A DNA stretch of 64,000 nt, taken from the NCBI RefSeq assembly GCF_009914755.1, contig NC_060939.1; one strand, 5' to 3'. Numbering within the stretch: the stretch's first letter is position 1; each line of letters opens with the position of its first letter. Positions 19,807-43,891 of the stretch are shown piece after piece. Both the position numbers and the translations under genes were made by a program. The stretch is from the human T2T-CHM13v2.0 reference genome, Homo sapiens. Under the pieces are notes generated by a model. The model did not search any database, was not told the origin of the DNA, and worked only from the letters and a program-made list of their open reading frames with translations.

Positions 19807-20539
19807 TGAACTCCTGATTTCAAATGATCTGCTCGCCTCGGCCTCCCAAAGTGCTGGGATTACAGGCGTGAGCCACTGTGCCCAGCCCACATGCATCATA
19901 CACATTTAGTAACTATTTTACTGTTTCCCTGCATCCATTTATTTTGTTTGTTTATTTAGAAACAGGGTGTTACTTTGTTGCCCAAGCTGGTGTTGAACTC
20001 CTGGCTTCAATTGATCCTGCCACTTCCGCCTCCCAAAGTACTGGGCCTACAGGTACACACCACTGCGCCTGGTCATCTGTTTCTTTCACCTTCCTCTCCC
20101 ATCTAAATCCTGACTATCCTTTAGGGTTTAGCTCAGCTTTACTTCGGGAAATATCTGCACACAAGTGGGAGGATGGGGAAGGATCCATTTTGTATCCCCT
20201 TAGAAATTGCCTGTCCCCAAGCCTCTATGGCCACCCCTCAAGGGCAGCAGACAGATCTTTGCTGTCTGCTCTCTGCAGCCTCAGAGGAGAACAGTCCACA
20301 CCCCACAAGGCAGTCCTGCCTGCTCTGGGTCTGCTGCAGCCAAGTACAATGCTGGGCTGGTGAAGAAAGAATGAAACTTAATTACAACCAATGTGGTGGC
20401 TGCCCATCTATCTGTCTAATTCCCTACAAGAGAGACATCATTCATTTATTCTACAAGAGAGGAGGTATAGAGAATGCAGCTCTTTGCTTTTAAACCAGTT
20501 ATTTCACCTCTCCAAGACCCATTTTTCTCATCTTGATCT

Positions 20540-22219
<1,680 letters not shown>

Positions 22220-22224
22220 ATCTC

Positions 22225-25285
<3,061 letters not shown>

Positions 25286-25975
25286 TTTTTTTTTTTTTTG
25301 AGACGGAGTCTCATTCTAGGTTCAAGCGATTCTCCTGCCTCAGCTTCCCGAGTAGCTGGAATTGCAGGCACGCACCACCACACACAGCTACTTTTTTTTA
25401 TATTTTAGTAGAGATGGGTTTTCACCATGTTGGCCAGGCTGCTCTCGAACTCCTGACCTCAAGCGATCCATCCGCCTCGGCCTCCCAAAGTGCTGGGATT
25501 ACAGGGATTACAGGCGTGAGCTACCACGTCCAGCCTTGGTGGTTTTTTTTTTTTTTTTTTTTTTGAGACAGGGTCTGCTTTGTCGTCCAGGCTGGAGTGC
25601 AGTGGCAGGGACATGGCTCACTGCAGCCTCGACCTTCCTGGGCTCAGACTAAACTCCCACCTCAGCTTCCTGAGTAGCTAGGACTACAGGCATGTGCCAC
25701 CATGTCCAGTTAATTGTTGTATTTTTTTGTAGAGCTGGGGTTTCGCCATGTAGCCCAGGCTGGTCTTGAACTCCTGAGCTCTAGTGATCTGCCCACCTCA
25801 GCCTCCCAAAGTGCTGAGATTACAGGCGTGAGTTACCGCACCTGGCTGACATATGCCCTTGAGTTGTCTTCCAGAAACCCAGACCCCTAGCAGATGGAAA
25901 ACACCCACTGCTGTCACATAGACCCCAGATAAGGGGGAACTGAGGACTGAACTCTGGCCTTACCCAGTGTATAAC

Positions 25976-27026
25976 TGAGGCGGGATTTTTCTCAGCCCCT
26001 TTGTCAGCCGGAGGTCTTCAGCTGGCGACACCCCTGCCCGGGCCTTGCTCAGGCCTGGGCTTGCTGCAGGAGATGCCCCGTCTACTCAGGTCACTGGGCC
26101 ACGCCTGGCTTCCACTCCAATGCAGATCCCTGCACTCAGCCCCTGGAGGGAGGAGGTGTGAGCAAGTGTGGAGTCTGACCACCACACCAAGCACAGACAC
26201 AGGAGTGGGTTCCATGCAGGGCTTGAGGCTGGACCAGGCATGTTGCACTGAGGGGAAAGTGGTGGTATATGAACAGGGATGCCTATGACCCCAAAGCCCC
26301 AGAGTGGGTATTACAGCATGCTAATAGCTCTTTTGGTCCCACTGTCTGCAGCCTGATGGACAGCGGCTGATGTGTTAACAGCTCTGTCAGTCCCATTGCC
26401 CCATTCCAGCCTATGGCTCCAGTACTGGCTTGGCCCTGCCACTCCTTCCCATCACATGAGGCACCTGACCTCAGCCAGTGGAAGGCAGAGGACCAGTGTT
26501 ACAGCCTCTTTTTACCTACGTTCGGTAGTCCTAAGTTCTTGTCCCGTGTCCAAGAAGAATGAGGTTATGTTGACGATTGAAGGGTGAGGGGGACAAAGAG
26601 CTTTACTGAGTGACAAGAGATCTCAGTGGAGAGGAGGATGTGAGGGCTTCCCCCACCTGAAGTTGGGTGGTCTCTTACTCGGTGTGGCTGTGTCTGCGGC
26701 TTTTATAGGCTCAGAATGGCAGAGTACATGCTGATTGGTTTGTGAGTATGCAAAAAAGGCTAAAACAAAGGCATCACTCAAAGGTGGGCACAACAGTGTA
26801 AGAAACCAATTAGGGAAGGGTAGGTATATGTAAAATAGGTGAGGGGTGGGGATCAATCAGAGGAAAGTGCACCAAAGTGGAAGAGAGGTTCTCACTCCAG
26901 TCCGTGGATTTACCCAGGACTTGTAGCTTGGCTTTCAGGCTTTAAACTCTCTTTGGTTTGAAGGTTGGTTTTCACCGGGGACCTGTCCCTGTCTGCCTAG
27001 GATTTGTCTGCCTCCTGCCACTCTCA
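25976..27026 (-). mobile_element. Uninterrupted ~1.05 kb ERV1 solo LTR (LTR27/LTR28/MER52-related group)
   Basis: TG...CA termini with 4-bp TSD TAAC (25972-25975 and 27027-27030); minus strand begins TGAGAGTGGCAGGAGGCAGACAAATCCTAGG. Confidence 0.75.
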
Positions 27027-27459
27027 TAACAATAAAAGTTAGCTGCAGCCAGGTGCGGTGGCTTACACCTGTAATCCCAGCACTTTGGGAGGCTGAGGCC
27101 AGTGGACTCCTTGGGCTCAGGAATTTGAGACCAGCTGGGCTACATGGCAAAACCCCGTCTCTATAAAAAATACAAAAATTAGCCAAGTGTGGTGGTGTGT
27201 GCCTGCAGTGCCAGCTACTGAGGAGGCTAAGGTGGGAAGATCACTTGAGCTCAGGAGATGGAGGTTGCAGTGAGATGTGACCTTGCCACTGCACTCCATT
27301 CTGGGAGACTGTCTCAAAAAAAAATGCTGCTATTATAGCTTGAACCCTCAGCTGGGCACTGGCAGAAATGTGAAGCTGAATTAGACATATAGTCTAGAAG
27401 GGAAGAGAGAGAGGAAAGTGTATTGTCACTAGATAATAGAGTGTGATCAGTTCTACTAG

Positions 27460-30300
<2,841 letters not shown>

Positions 30301-30577
30301 ATAGACCAGCAAGAGGGAAGAAGTAGAAGGTTCTAGGTTCTCCAAACACCCTAGTTTCTCTTACAGATAAGTTTTTCTGTATTGGGGGAGGGTGGCATGG
30401 GGTTGGGGGGTGGTCTGTATCTCCCAACAATCTAAGTTCTTCCTTCACTTTGCAGGGATACTATGAGCAAATAACCCTGACTCTGTTTTCTGTGGTAGTG
30501 GTAGTGGGGAGTGCTCCAAGAACTCCTTGAGCCTCATTAGTCCCTCGTTCTTATCTGAGAAGGTTCCTATTGCTTGG

Positions 30578-31549
<972 letters not shown>

Positions 31550-31624
31550 CTTGGGTAGTGGAGATGAGGGAAAGGAGTGGTATTCCAAAGCACGAGGTAT
31601 TGAGTACGTTGTTTCATGAGTCTT

Positions 31625-32441
31625 TTTTTTTTTTATTTATTTTTTATTTTTTTATTGATCATTCTTGGGTGTTTCTCGCAGAGGGGGATTTGGCAGGGTC
31701 ACAGGACAACAGTGGAGGGAAGGTCAGCAGATAAACAAGTGAACAAAGGTCTCTGGTCTTCCTAGGCAGAGGACCCTGCGGCCTTCCGCAGTGTTTGTGT
31801 CCCTGGGTACTTGAGATTAGGGAGTGGTGATGACTCTTAACGAGCATGCTGCCTTCAAGCGTCTGTTTAACAAAGCACATCTTGCACCGCCCTTAATCCA
31901 TTAACCCTGAGTGGACACAGCACATGTTTCAGAGAGCACAGGGTTGGGGGTAAGGTCACCGATCAACAGGATCCCAAGGCAGAAGAATTTTTCTTAGTAC
32001 AGAACAAAATGAAAAGTCTCCCATGTCTACCTCTTTCTACACAGACACGGCAACCATCCGATTTCTCAATCTTTCCCCCACCTTTCCCCCCTTTCTATTC
32101 CACAGAACTGCCATTGTCATCATGGCCCGTTCTCAATGAGCTGTTGGGTACACCTCCCAGACGGGGTGGTGGCCGGGCAGAGGGGCTCCTCACTTCCCAG
32201 TAGGGGCGGCCGGGCAGAGGCGCCCCTCACCTCCCGGACGGGGTGGCTGGCCGGGCGGGGGGCTGACCCCCCTACCTCCCTCCCGGACGGGGCAGCTGGC
32301 TGGGCAGAGGGGCTCCTCACTTCCCAGTAGGGGCGGCCGGGCAGAGGCGCCCCTCACCTCCCGGACGGGGCGGCTGGCCGGGCGGGGGGCTGACCCCCCC
32401 ACCTCCCTCCCGGACGGGGCGGCTGGCCAGGCGGGGGGCTG
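31625..32441 (-). mobile_element. 5'-truncated SVA retrotransposon (partial VNTR + SINE-R + polyA)
   Basis: Poly-T, then SINE-R sequence (TTGATCATTCTTGGGTGTTTCTCGCAGAGGGGGATTTGGCAGGG), then GC-rich VNTR units (CCCCTCACCTCCCGGACGGGG); 11-bp TSD TCATGAGTCTT at 31614-31624 and 32442-32452. Confidence 0.95.
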
Positions 32442-33188
32442 TCATGAGTCTTGTATTATCCATTTTATTATTCCTTAGTGCATGGTAAAGCTTCCTTTAA
32501 AATGCAAGCTGATTTATTTGAGCCAGAGGACCCCAGGGGAGGTGAGATAGATACCCACACCTGGGCAGAGGATTACAGGGAAAACGGCACCCGCTCTTTC
32601 CCCTGGGCACATGTGGTAGAGGCTGTGGGAATGAGGGTATTGCAGGGGTGATGAGGGTAGAGTCAGGACTGTAACTCCTCATTCCAGGTTCCCCGGAGCT
32701 TTGACTGTTGTGCTCCTAGCCTCAAGCAATCCTTCTGCCTCTGCCTCCTAAGGTGCTAGGATTACAGGCCTGAGCCACTGACTGTCCTCCTCCTAGGAGG
32801 CTGTTGACTGAGAAGGTCTGGATGTCAAAGCCTTTCACCACAGGATATAGCCAAGATTACTGCAGAGCCAAGGCCCAAGGCCATCCTTCCCTATGCACAG
32901 CTCTTCGTAATTCCCCTGACTTCTGTGTGTGCAACTTGTAAGCAGCTCAGCCTGGAGTAGAAGTTGGGGTTCTGACTTTCTACAGCACCTGGGACGGGAA
33001 GGATCAGAGGAGCACAGGGAGCTGACTGCCTTATAGGTGTCTCACGTCATCCCATCTGACCCTCCAACAAGCATGTCAGGCTGGCATTATTCACCCCATT
33101 CTACAAAGCTCAGAGCAGTGAAGGGCCTTGCATGTGACATTTACCATCATCATCACTAGTATGTCCCTACTCACATCACAGCAATTCT

Positions 33189-33747
33189 TTGCTCAAATCT
33201 GTAATTGCTGAGACTCGAAGTAAAACCCAAAGTCTTCACAATAGCAATAGCCTGCAAAGCTCTGCCCCCCTCCTCTCTTCTCTGACCTCCTCACTGCCCC
33301 TGTCTTACTCACTCTGCTCCAGCCACAGTGGCCTCCTTGCTAGCAGTTCCCTCCCCAACACGCCCGGCACAGTCCCACATTCCCGCCTTGCTCTGGCTTC
33401 CGCTGTGGCTGTTTCCTCCCCGCAGAACACTCCTGCCTTCCTCACCGCCAAGTCTGGACTCAAACCTCACCTCCTCAAGAGGCTTGCCCAGACAGCCTTT
33501 TATATTCTGCAAACTGCCTCCCACTGCCACCTGCCCCCTTACTTTTTGTGGCCTTGACCTTTCAACATACTACATGATTTGCTTACAATACTTGTCTGTC
33601 TTGCCTTCACCAGAATGTAAGCGCTCTACAAAGGCAGAGGGAAGGCTATCTTGCTCTCTGATGTATCCTCCAGCCCTTAGAACAGTCCGTGGTACTTAGC
33701 AGGTTTTCAGTACATCTGTGCCCGGCGATGGAAAGAATGAATGAATA
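33189..33747. mobile_element. L2 LINE 3' fragment abutting the MPI promoter
   Basis: Typical L2 3' end (CCAGAATGTAAGCGCTCTACAAAGGCAGAG...GAATGAATGAATAG). Confidence 0.65.
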
Positions 33748-34150
33748 GTGAGACCGAAGATCGCGGCCGTAAGCCTCTGGGCACGGGTGCCCCGGGGCCT
33801 GGCGGAACGCTCAGGGAACTACATTTCCCGTGAAGCTCTGGGCGCAGAGGGCCGCGGGGGCTGCCGGGAAAGGCATACGTGCTTAATCCTGGTGCAGGGG
33901 GCGAGCATGGCCGCTCCGCGAGGTGAGCCATTGGCTGGGGTGTCGGCGAGTGTGTTCGTGGAGCGCGTCCTGGGGACGACTCCCGGCATTATCGGCCAGG
34001 TTGAGTCCGCTCCTGGCATTCCGCGGAAAGATGGGTGGGTGCCGGGCAGAGGTGTGGCCACCTGCGATGGGGATTGACCTCCGAGGGGAGGGGGCCCTTC
34101 TAGACGTCGTGCCGTGGGATAGGTACCTTCTGCTCCCTCCCCGCCACCCT
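33720..34150 (+). promoter_or_regulatory. MPI CpG-island promoter with a ZNF143/THAP11-type motif and an HRE core
   Basis: ACTACATTTCCCG at 33818-33830 matches ACTAYRNNNCCCR; TACGTGC at 33876-33882; CpG-dense, no TATA box seen. Confidence 0.8.
33907..33922 (+). CDS. MPI: Mannose-6-phosphate isomerase exon 1 (MAAPR + 1 nt)
   Basis: AGCATGG start; donor G|GTGAGC. Confidence 0.95.
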
Positions 34151-34359
34151 GCCTCAGATCAGCACAAGGTCCTTACTGCTGCCCATCTGACAGTTGGGAA
34201 CATCGAGGCCTGCAGCGGAGGGGGGTCTCATCCAACAGCCTACAAAACCCTTATTTGACTCTGTCCCCAGTGAGCACCCCCAGCTCTTGCCTGGTTTCCC
34301 GGGACACTAGGGTGGGGCCTGAGGAGTGGAGTGGCAGCTGACCCTGTCTGTGCCCCTAG

Positions 34360-34487
34360 TATTCCCACTTTCCTGTGCGGTGCAGCAGTATGCCTGGGGG
34401 AAGATGGGTTCCAACAGCGAAGTGGCGCGGCTGTTGGCCAGCAGTGATCCACTGGCCCAGATCGCAGAGGACAAGCCTTATGCAGAG
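34360..34487 (+). CDS. MPI: MPI exon 2
   Basis: cctag acceptor; [15 protein letters not shown]...DKPYAE; donor GAG|GTGAGC; 128 nt. Confidence 0.97.
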
Positions 34488-35139
34488 GTGAGCCCCGGGC
34501 TGTATTTCAGCCCACTTTACCCGCAGGTCAGGAGAAAGGGCCTGAGGCAAGTCATAAGAATCAGCTGGGAAGGGTGAGGCAGCAAGGAGGGAGGAGACCC
34601 ACTTGGCTCTTCAGGCTAATGGACTAGATAGTGTTATCAAAAAGAAGAGAGGTTTTGTCATAATAGGCTGGGATTTCCAGCACTCTCCTTCCCCCAACCA
34701 CTCTTAGCACTTAGTGAATTTTAATTCAGCCCTCTTTGACAATTAAGTTTTTTTACTTTGACTATTTTTTTGCATTTTTATTAACCTAAAATATTTCTCC
34801 TGCCTATTTAGTGGAGAAAAAGCCAAAGCATAGGAAGGCTTTCGCCTCTGCTTCTGAAACTGGAAGATGTATGTTAACCCCTGAAAGAATCATTTAAGAG
34901 TCATAGTTTTTCTGCTACCTTGACAGTGCAGATGTCATTCTCCTCTTTGGACAGACAAAGAAGATACATCTAAAGAAGGGAAATAACTAGTCCAAGTCTT
35001 CATAGATGGCTAGAGGCCGAGTCTGGACAAGGGCCTGGGTCTACTGCCTCCCTGTATGTCCATGATGGCATGAACATTTGTATCCAGACCTGGGAGGCCT
35101 TTCCCAGGACTCAGTTGCCCTGTGGGGAGCACAGCATAA

Positions 35140-35637
<498 letters not shown>

Positions 35638-35829
35638 TAAGCTCATTCCAAGGGGCTTGTTCCTGGTCTTCCCTCATCCAACCCATGTCTATTCATATCT
35701 GCCATTTACTCATCTGCTTTCAGGAAGAGTTCAACTTGCAAGGCAGGGCAGGTACCCTCAGCCCCACCCCCATGGAGTCTCCCTACACAAGCCGGAGTCC
35801 CATCCTAAGCAACTGTGGATCAAAACTCC

Positions 35830-36124
35830 TTTTTTTTTTTTTCTGAGACTTGAGTCTTGCTCTGTCGCCCAGGCTGGAGTGCAGTGGCGCGATCTCGGCT
35901 CACTGCAACCTCCTCCTCCCAATTCAAGCAATTCTTCTGCTTCAGCCTCCCAAATAGCTGGGACTACAGGCACGCGCCACCACACCCAGCTAATTTTTGT
36001 ATTTTTAGTAGAGATGGGGTTTCACCATGTTGGCCAGGCTGGTCTTGAACTCCTGCCCTCGTAATCCGCTCGCCTCAGCCTCCCAAAGTGCTGGGATTAC
36101 AGGCGTGAGCCACCATGCCCAGCC
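35830..36124 (-). mobile_element. Antisense Alu in MPI intron 3
   Basis: Full-length reverse Alu with TSD AAAACTCCTT. Confidence 0.95.
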
Positions 36125-36448
36125 AAAACTCCTTATTTCTAGATACACAAAGTAAGACCCAGAGAAGGGAGGGATTTACCAAAGCCACACAGCTTGTTAG
36201 TGTCAGAGCTTGGTCTGGTATTTGGGTTTCCTGATTCACAGGCCAAGCCTCTTAAAGTCTGCCCCAGCTTTTCCCTGATTTGCCCCGGGGTTGCCCCTGA
36301 TTTGCCCCTGCCCTGGGTTGGCTGAGCCCCAAGTTTCTGCAACATGCTTTGACTGGGCTCCTTGCCAGAGGTAGGTAGTCACTGCCATCCTGCAACTGGG
36401 GAGGGTGGACAGCAGGGGCTAGGTGGCACTGGTGTACCTGCTAGGTAA

Positions 36449-37275
<827 letters not shown>

Positions 37276-37867
37276 TAGATGACCTGTTGGCAACTTAGCA
37301 TTGCTTGCCTAGTCTTTGTGGAGCAGGGCCCTTCTTAGTTGAGTGCTGCTTCCCAACTGGTCATCTTCTCCAGATGGTTGGAGGCAGACTGGCATAGAGG
37401 ACTCTTAGGATGCCTTCCACCTAGGCATTCTGAGATTTTCCCTAGCCCTGCAGCTGCCCTCCATGGATGGACTTGTATCTCGGGGCTAAAGAGGCAGGAA
37501 GGGGACACGAGCATCCTCCCTCTCCTGGAAAGGACTGATGCCTCCAGCACTCAGTCATTTGATCTTTCCTTTACCTTCTGTGTGCCCAACCTTGTGCTAA
37601 GAAGAGTTCAGGAAATGACTGTGATGGGTGTGGTCACTGTCACCCTAAAGGTGGGGAGTCAACACAAGCAGTAAGAAACCCAAAACAGAACAGACTCCCA
37701 GCAATGAGCTTATGTGGTGCAGGCGATGAGGTCTCAGCTTCTTAGCCTGGCAGCCACAACCCCTTCTCTAGGTGGCCCAGAGCTCTCTTTTTATTTTACC
37801 TCTACAGGTTTCCCATTACCTTTGAGCCTTAGGGCATTATTTATTTGACCCAAGCATATTTTTTTCT

Positions 37868-39511
<1,644 letters not shown>

Positions 39512-39558
39512 TCATGAAACTCTTTTGCGTTATCTCCCTAGATTTTGAGCTCCAAGGG

Positions 39559-39758
39559 CAGTGGTTCTCATACAGGGGACATTTGGCTGTTGTCTGGAGC
39601 CATTTTTTGATTGTCAAAACCCAGATAGGGGTTGCTAGTGGCATCTTGTGGGTGGAGGCCAGGGAAGCTGCTACACATCCATCAGTACACAGGACAGCCC
39701 CCACAATAAAGAATTACCTAGCCCAAATGTCAGTAGCGCCAAGGCTGAGAAATCCCAT
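39559..39758. mobile_element. MER20 hAT DNA transposon relic
   Basis: CAGTGGTTCTCA...GCCCAAATGTCAGTAGCGCCAAGGCTGAGAAATCCC. Confidence 0.8.
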
Positions 39759-40025
39759 CCTGAAAGGACCATACTCTAGCTCTTTTAGTGGCTAGTATAG
39801 TCCTGGGCATATGAATAGTCAAGATATGATGAAAGATGGTATTTGTATGGACTGGAGTATCAAGCAAGGCTCGACCCCCAAAGGGCTGGAGGCGTGGCCA
39901 GAAGGACAGGGCCACTTTGGCTTCTGGATTCCTGTGGCAGGGACCTTTTCCTAGGACTCCCTGGCCAATGTGGGGCTATGAACAGCACTGAGTATCCCCC
40001 TAAGTGACCTTGGGGTGCTCTGTGA

Positions 40026-40379
<354 letters not shown>

Positions 40380-40869
40380 TAGCATTGAACACGCCTTGAA
40401 TCCTGACACCAACCCTGTGATGCCATGCTACTCTGATTTTAAGTCCTGCCAGTCAGTGTGGGAACCACAATTTGAACGCAGGCTATATTGGATCAAAGCT
40501 GTTGTTCTGTCACAGCCTTTGTATGTCTGTCCTACCTACCAGGGATTTTTACACTAAAATATGCATGTTGCCATGGAAGGATGCCACCTTTCGACTGTTG
40601 GCTGCTTATCCACACATGCCTCATGCACAGGATTCTGGGGTAGAAGTGGGAGACTACAGAGTTGGGGCTCCCCAACCCCCAGGGGTTAACATGACTCCCC
40701 TCTGACAATAATGGGTGACCTGTCACCTGTTTTTGGTATTTGATATCTTAACCCCATTCTCCCAGAGAATACAATTCATGGAAATTTTTACCTAACTTGG
40801 CATGGGGTTCATGGAGCTCAGGTTAGGAGGCCCAGAACTGGAGAGCTAAGGCATACTTCATCAGCTTAG

Positions 40870-41115
<246 letters not shown>

Positions 41116-41347
41116 TGATGGGTGTCCTTCGTGTGCCATGAAAATCTCTGGCAAGGGTCACGATGTGGAGGACACCTGGGGCTGGGTTTCCTGTCAAGCC
41201 CACTTGGCGGAGGGTGGCCCCAGGGCCTGCCCATTCCTTCCTGTACCAGGGACCAGGCCTCTATGCTGACTGAGCCTGGGTTGTGCGAGAAGGTGGCAGA
41301 GCTCTCCCTCGTGCCCTGGGGACTGTCCTGGGCCCATGAGCTGATGA

Positions 41348-41611
<264 letters not shown>

Positions 41612-42087
41612 AGGCTGCAGCCTCCCCAGCTCTCCTCTGCCAGCCACCCTAAATTCCAGCCAACCTCACCTCCTCGGGCCCAGCTCAAGCCCCCTTCCTT
41701 GCTCTGGACCCCTTAGGTATACCCTGGAAGAGCTGGGGTGGGGGAGGAGGGAGCGTGAAGGTAGTGACTCCTGAACACACCCAGGTGGAACCATCTTTGG
41801 GGAGGAGAGGCCCGTGTGAGGGGTCTGATACTCCCTTTGTCTTCCCTCTCTACTCCTCGCTACACCTGAGCCAGGCTCTTGCCAACTCTGTTCCAGCCTA
41901 TGGCTTTAGGCTAGCTGTTAAATATGTGACCCAGCATTAGCTCAGCATCTGTCAGAGCAAGAGACCAGGTAATTTCTAAGAACAGGGTTCTAGCGATGGG
42001 ACTGCCCATTTCCTCAGCTGCAGAGGAGGAAAGGGAAAGGGTAGGCCTGTAGACTAACGCTGTTTACACCCTTGTTCTGTCAAAGCA

Positions 42088-42093
42088 ATTAAA
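42088..42093 (+). terminator. Probable proximal MPI polyadenylation signal (ATTAAA)
   Basis: ATTAAA ~480 nt after the stop, followed by GU-rich TTGTGTTG. Confidence 0.65.
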
Positions 42094-42370
42094 GATCACT
42101 TGTGTTGAGGCTGTGGGGTAATGAGCACTCAGCCTTTGGGGTACCTGTTCCTAAAGTGGGCCAAAAGAGCCCTCCCTACATGATGCCCCAGTTTTTGCTT
42201 TATTCCTATTTCATACAGCTTCTCGGGGGGGTGAGCAGGCTACACTCCAGAACACCGGTATGGGAAGGAGTGGGAGAGGAAGCCAGCTTTGGCCTCACAG
42301 GCACAGCTTGCAAGCAGGCCTTGGGTCTGCCCAGAGGCACAGCTTGCAAGCAGCCCTACAGAGAAGGTGA

Positions 42371-42656
<286 letters not shown>

Positions 42657-42729
42657 TGATCCGCCCACCTCAGCCTCCCAAAGTGCTGGGATTACAGGCG
42701 TGAGCCACCACGCCTGGCCCGGCTCCTGT

Positions 42730-42890
42730 TTTTCAACTGGCCCTAGAGGAGGGGTCCGCAAACCAGGCTGGCAGGCCAGTTCTGGCCATACCTGTTCATT
42801 TCCATACTGTCTGGCTGCTTTCAAGCCACAGTGGCAAAGTTGAAGAGTTGCACTAGACTGTACGGCCTGCAAAACTGAAACCATTGACTG
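42730..42890. mobile_element. MER58-like DNA transposon relic (another, Alu-split copy at ~59475-60730)
   Basis: AGGGGTCCGCAAAC...GGCCTGCAAAACTGAAA. Confidence 0.55.
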
Positions 42891-43885
42891 TCAACCACTT
42901 CTCTACAACATACTCAACTGTTGCAGATTACAGGGACTCAGGAACCGAATTAGACAATTTTCATGGCGAGGAGAAGCCCAGTTAGCTTTCCTAAACGGGC
43001 AGGAAGTGTGAAGGAGGGAATCTCCTGATGCCCTGCTCCAGGGGTGGCACACACCTGCAAGAGGCTGTCGGCTGTCTGCTGCTGCTGAGGTTTCTGACCT
43101 GCAATCGTAGATCCTGTCACCACAGACTAATCACTTAGTCCACTGGCTCCTTCCTGTGGGATAAAGGTTTAAATTCATGCAAAAGAATCTTTCTGGGCTT
43201 CTGCCCACACTAGAGTCCCTATACAATGGAGTTCCAGGAAACCACCTTCAAAAATCTCCTGGGTTTTCTTGCCTCCAAATTTTCTTCAGCTAAAAAACAA
43301 TAAAGATGAGCTGGAAAGAAAAGGTCTGCTAAAGGGAACCCATTCTACAGAAGTGACTTGCAAGAGCCTATTTCACTCATGCCGTCCAGTGAAACAGGCC
43401 CGAAAGTGATGCCCAGTGGGAACAGCAGAAAGGGGAGGGAGTTTCCAGAAGGAATTGCTGTAGTCAGCTGTTAAGCTATTTCTTCATTTCAGGATATCCA
43501 GGATATTCTTAACTTTTATTTTTTTGAGACGGAGTCTCGCACTGTCTCCCGGGCTGGAGTGCAGTGGCGCGATAGCTCACTGCAACCTCCGCCCACTGGG
43601 TTCAAGCGATTCTTCTGCCTCAGCTCCTGAGTAGCTGGGACTACAGGCGCCTGCCACCACACCCAGCTAAGTTTTTGTATTTTTAGTAGAGACGGGGTTT
43701 CAGTAGAGACGGGGTGACAGGATCTACAATTCCAGGTAAGGTCAGGTTGGTCTCAAACTCCGGACCTTGTGATTTGCTTGCCTCAGCCTCTGAAAGTGCT
43801 GGGATTACAAGCATGAGCCATTGTGCCTGGCCAAGGCCTTTAAAATCCACTGCAACACAGACACAGCTCAACTAGTGTGATTGCA

Positions 43886-43891
43886 TTTATT
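43886..43891 (-). terminator. Probable FAM219B polyadenylation signal (AATAAA on the minus strand); another candidate at 44861-44866
   Basis: TTTATT on + strand at the end of the unique sequence downstream of the FAM219B stop; TGTGTCTGTGTTG follows on the minus strand. Confidence 0.6.

Noticed and set aside
32150-32441. GC-rich repeat array that could be mistaken for a CRISPR-like or novel repeat system
   Set aside because: It is the VNTR of the SVA element; there are no unique spacers and the context is eukaryotic
36273-36310. CCCTGATTTGCCCC duplicated in MPI intron 3
   Set aside because: Short low-complexity micro-duplication with no supporting context
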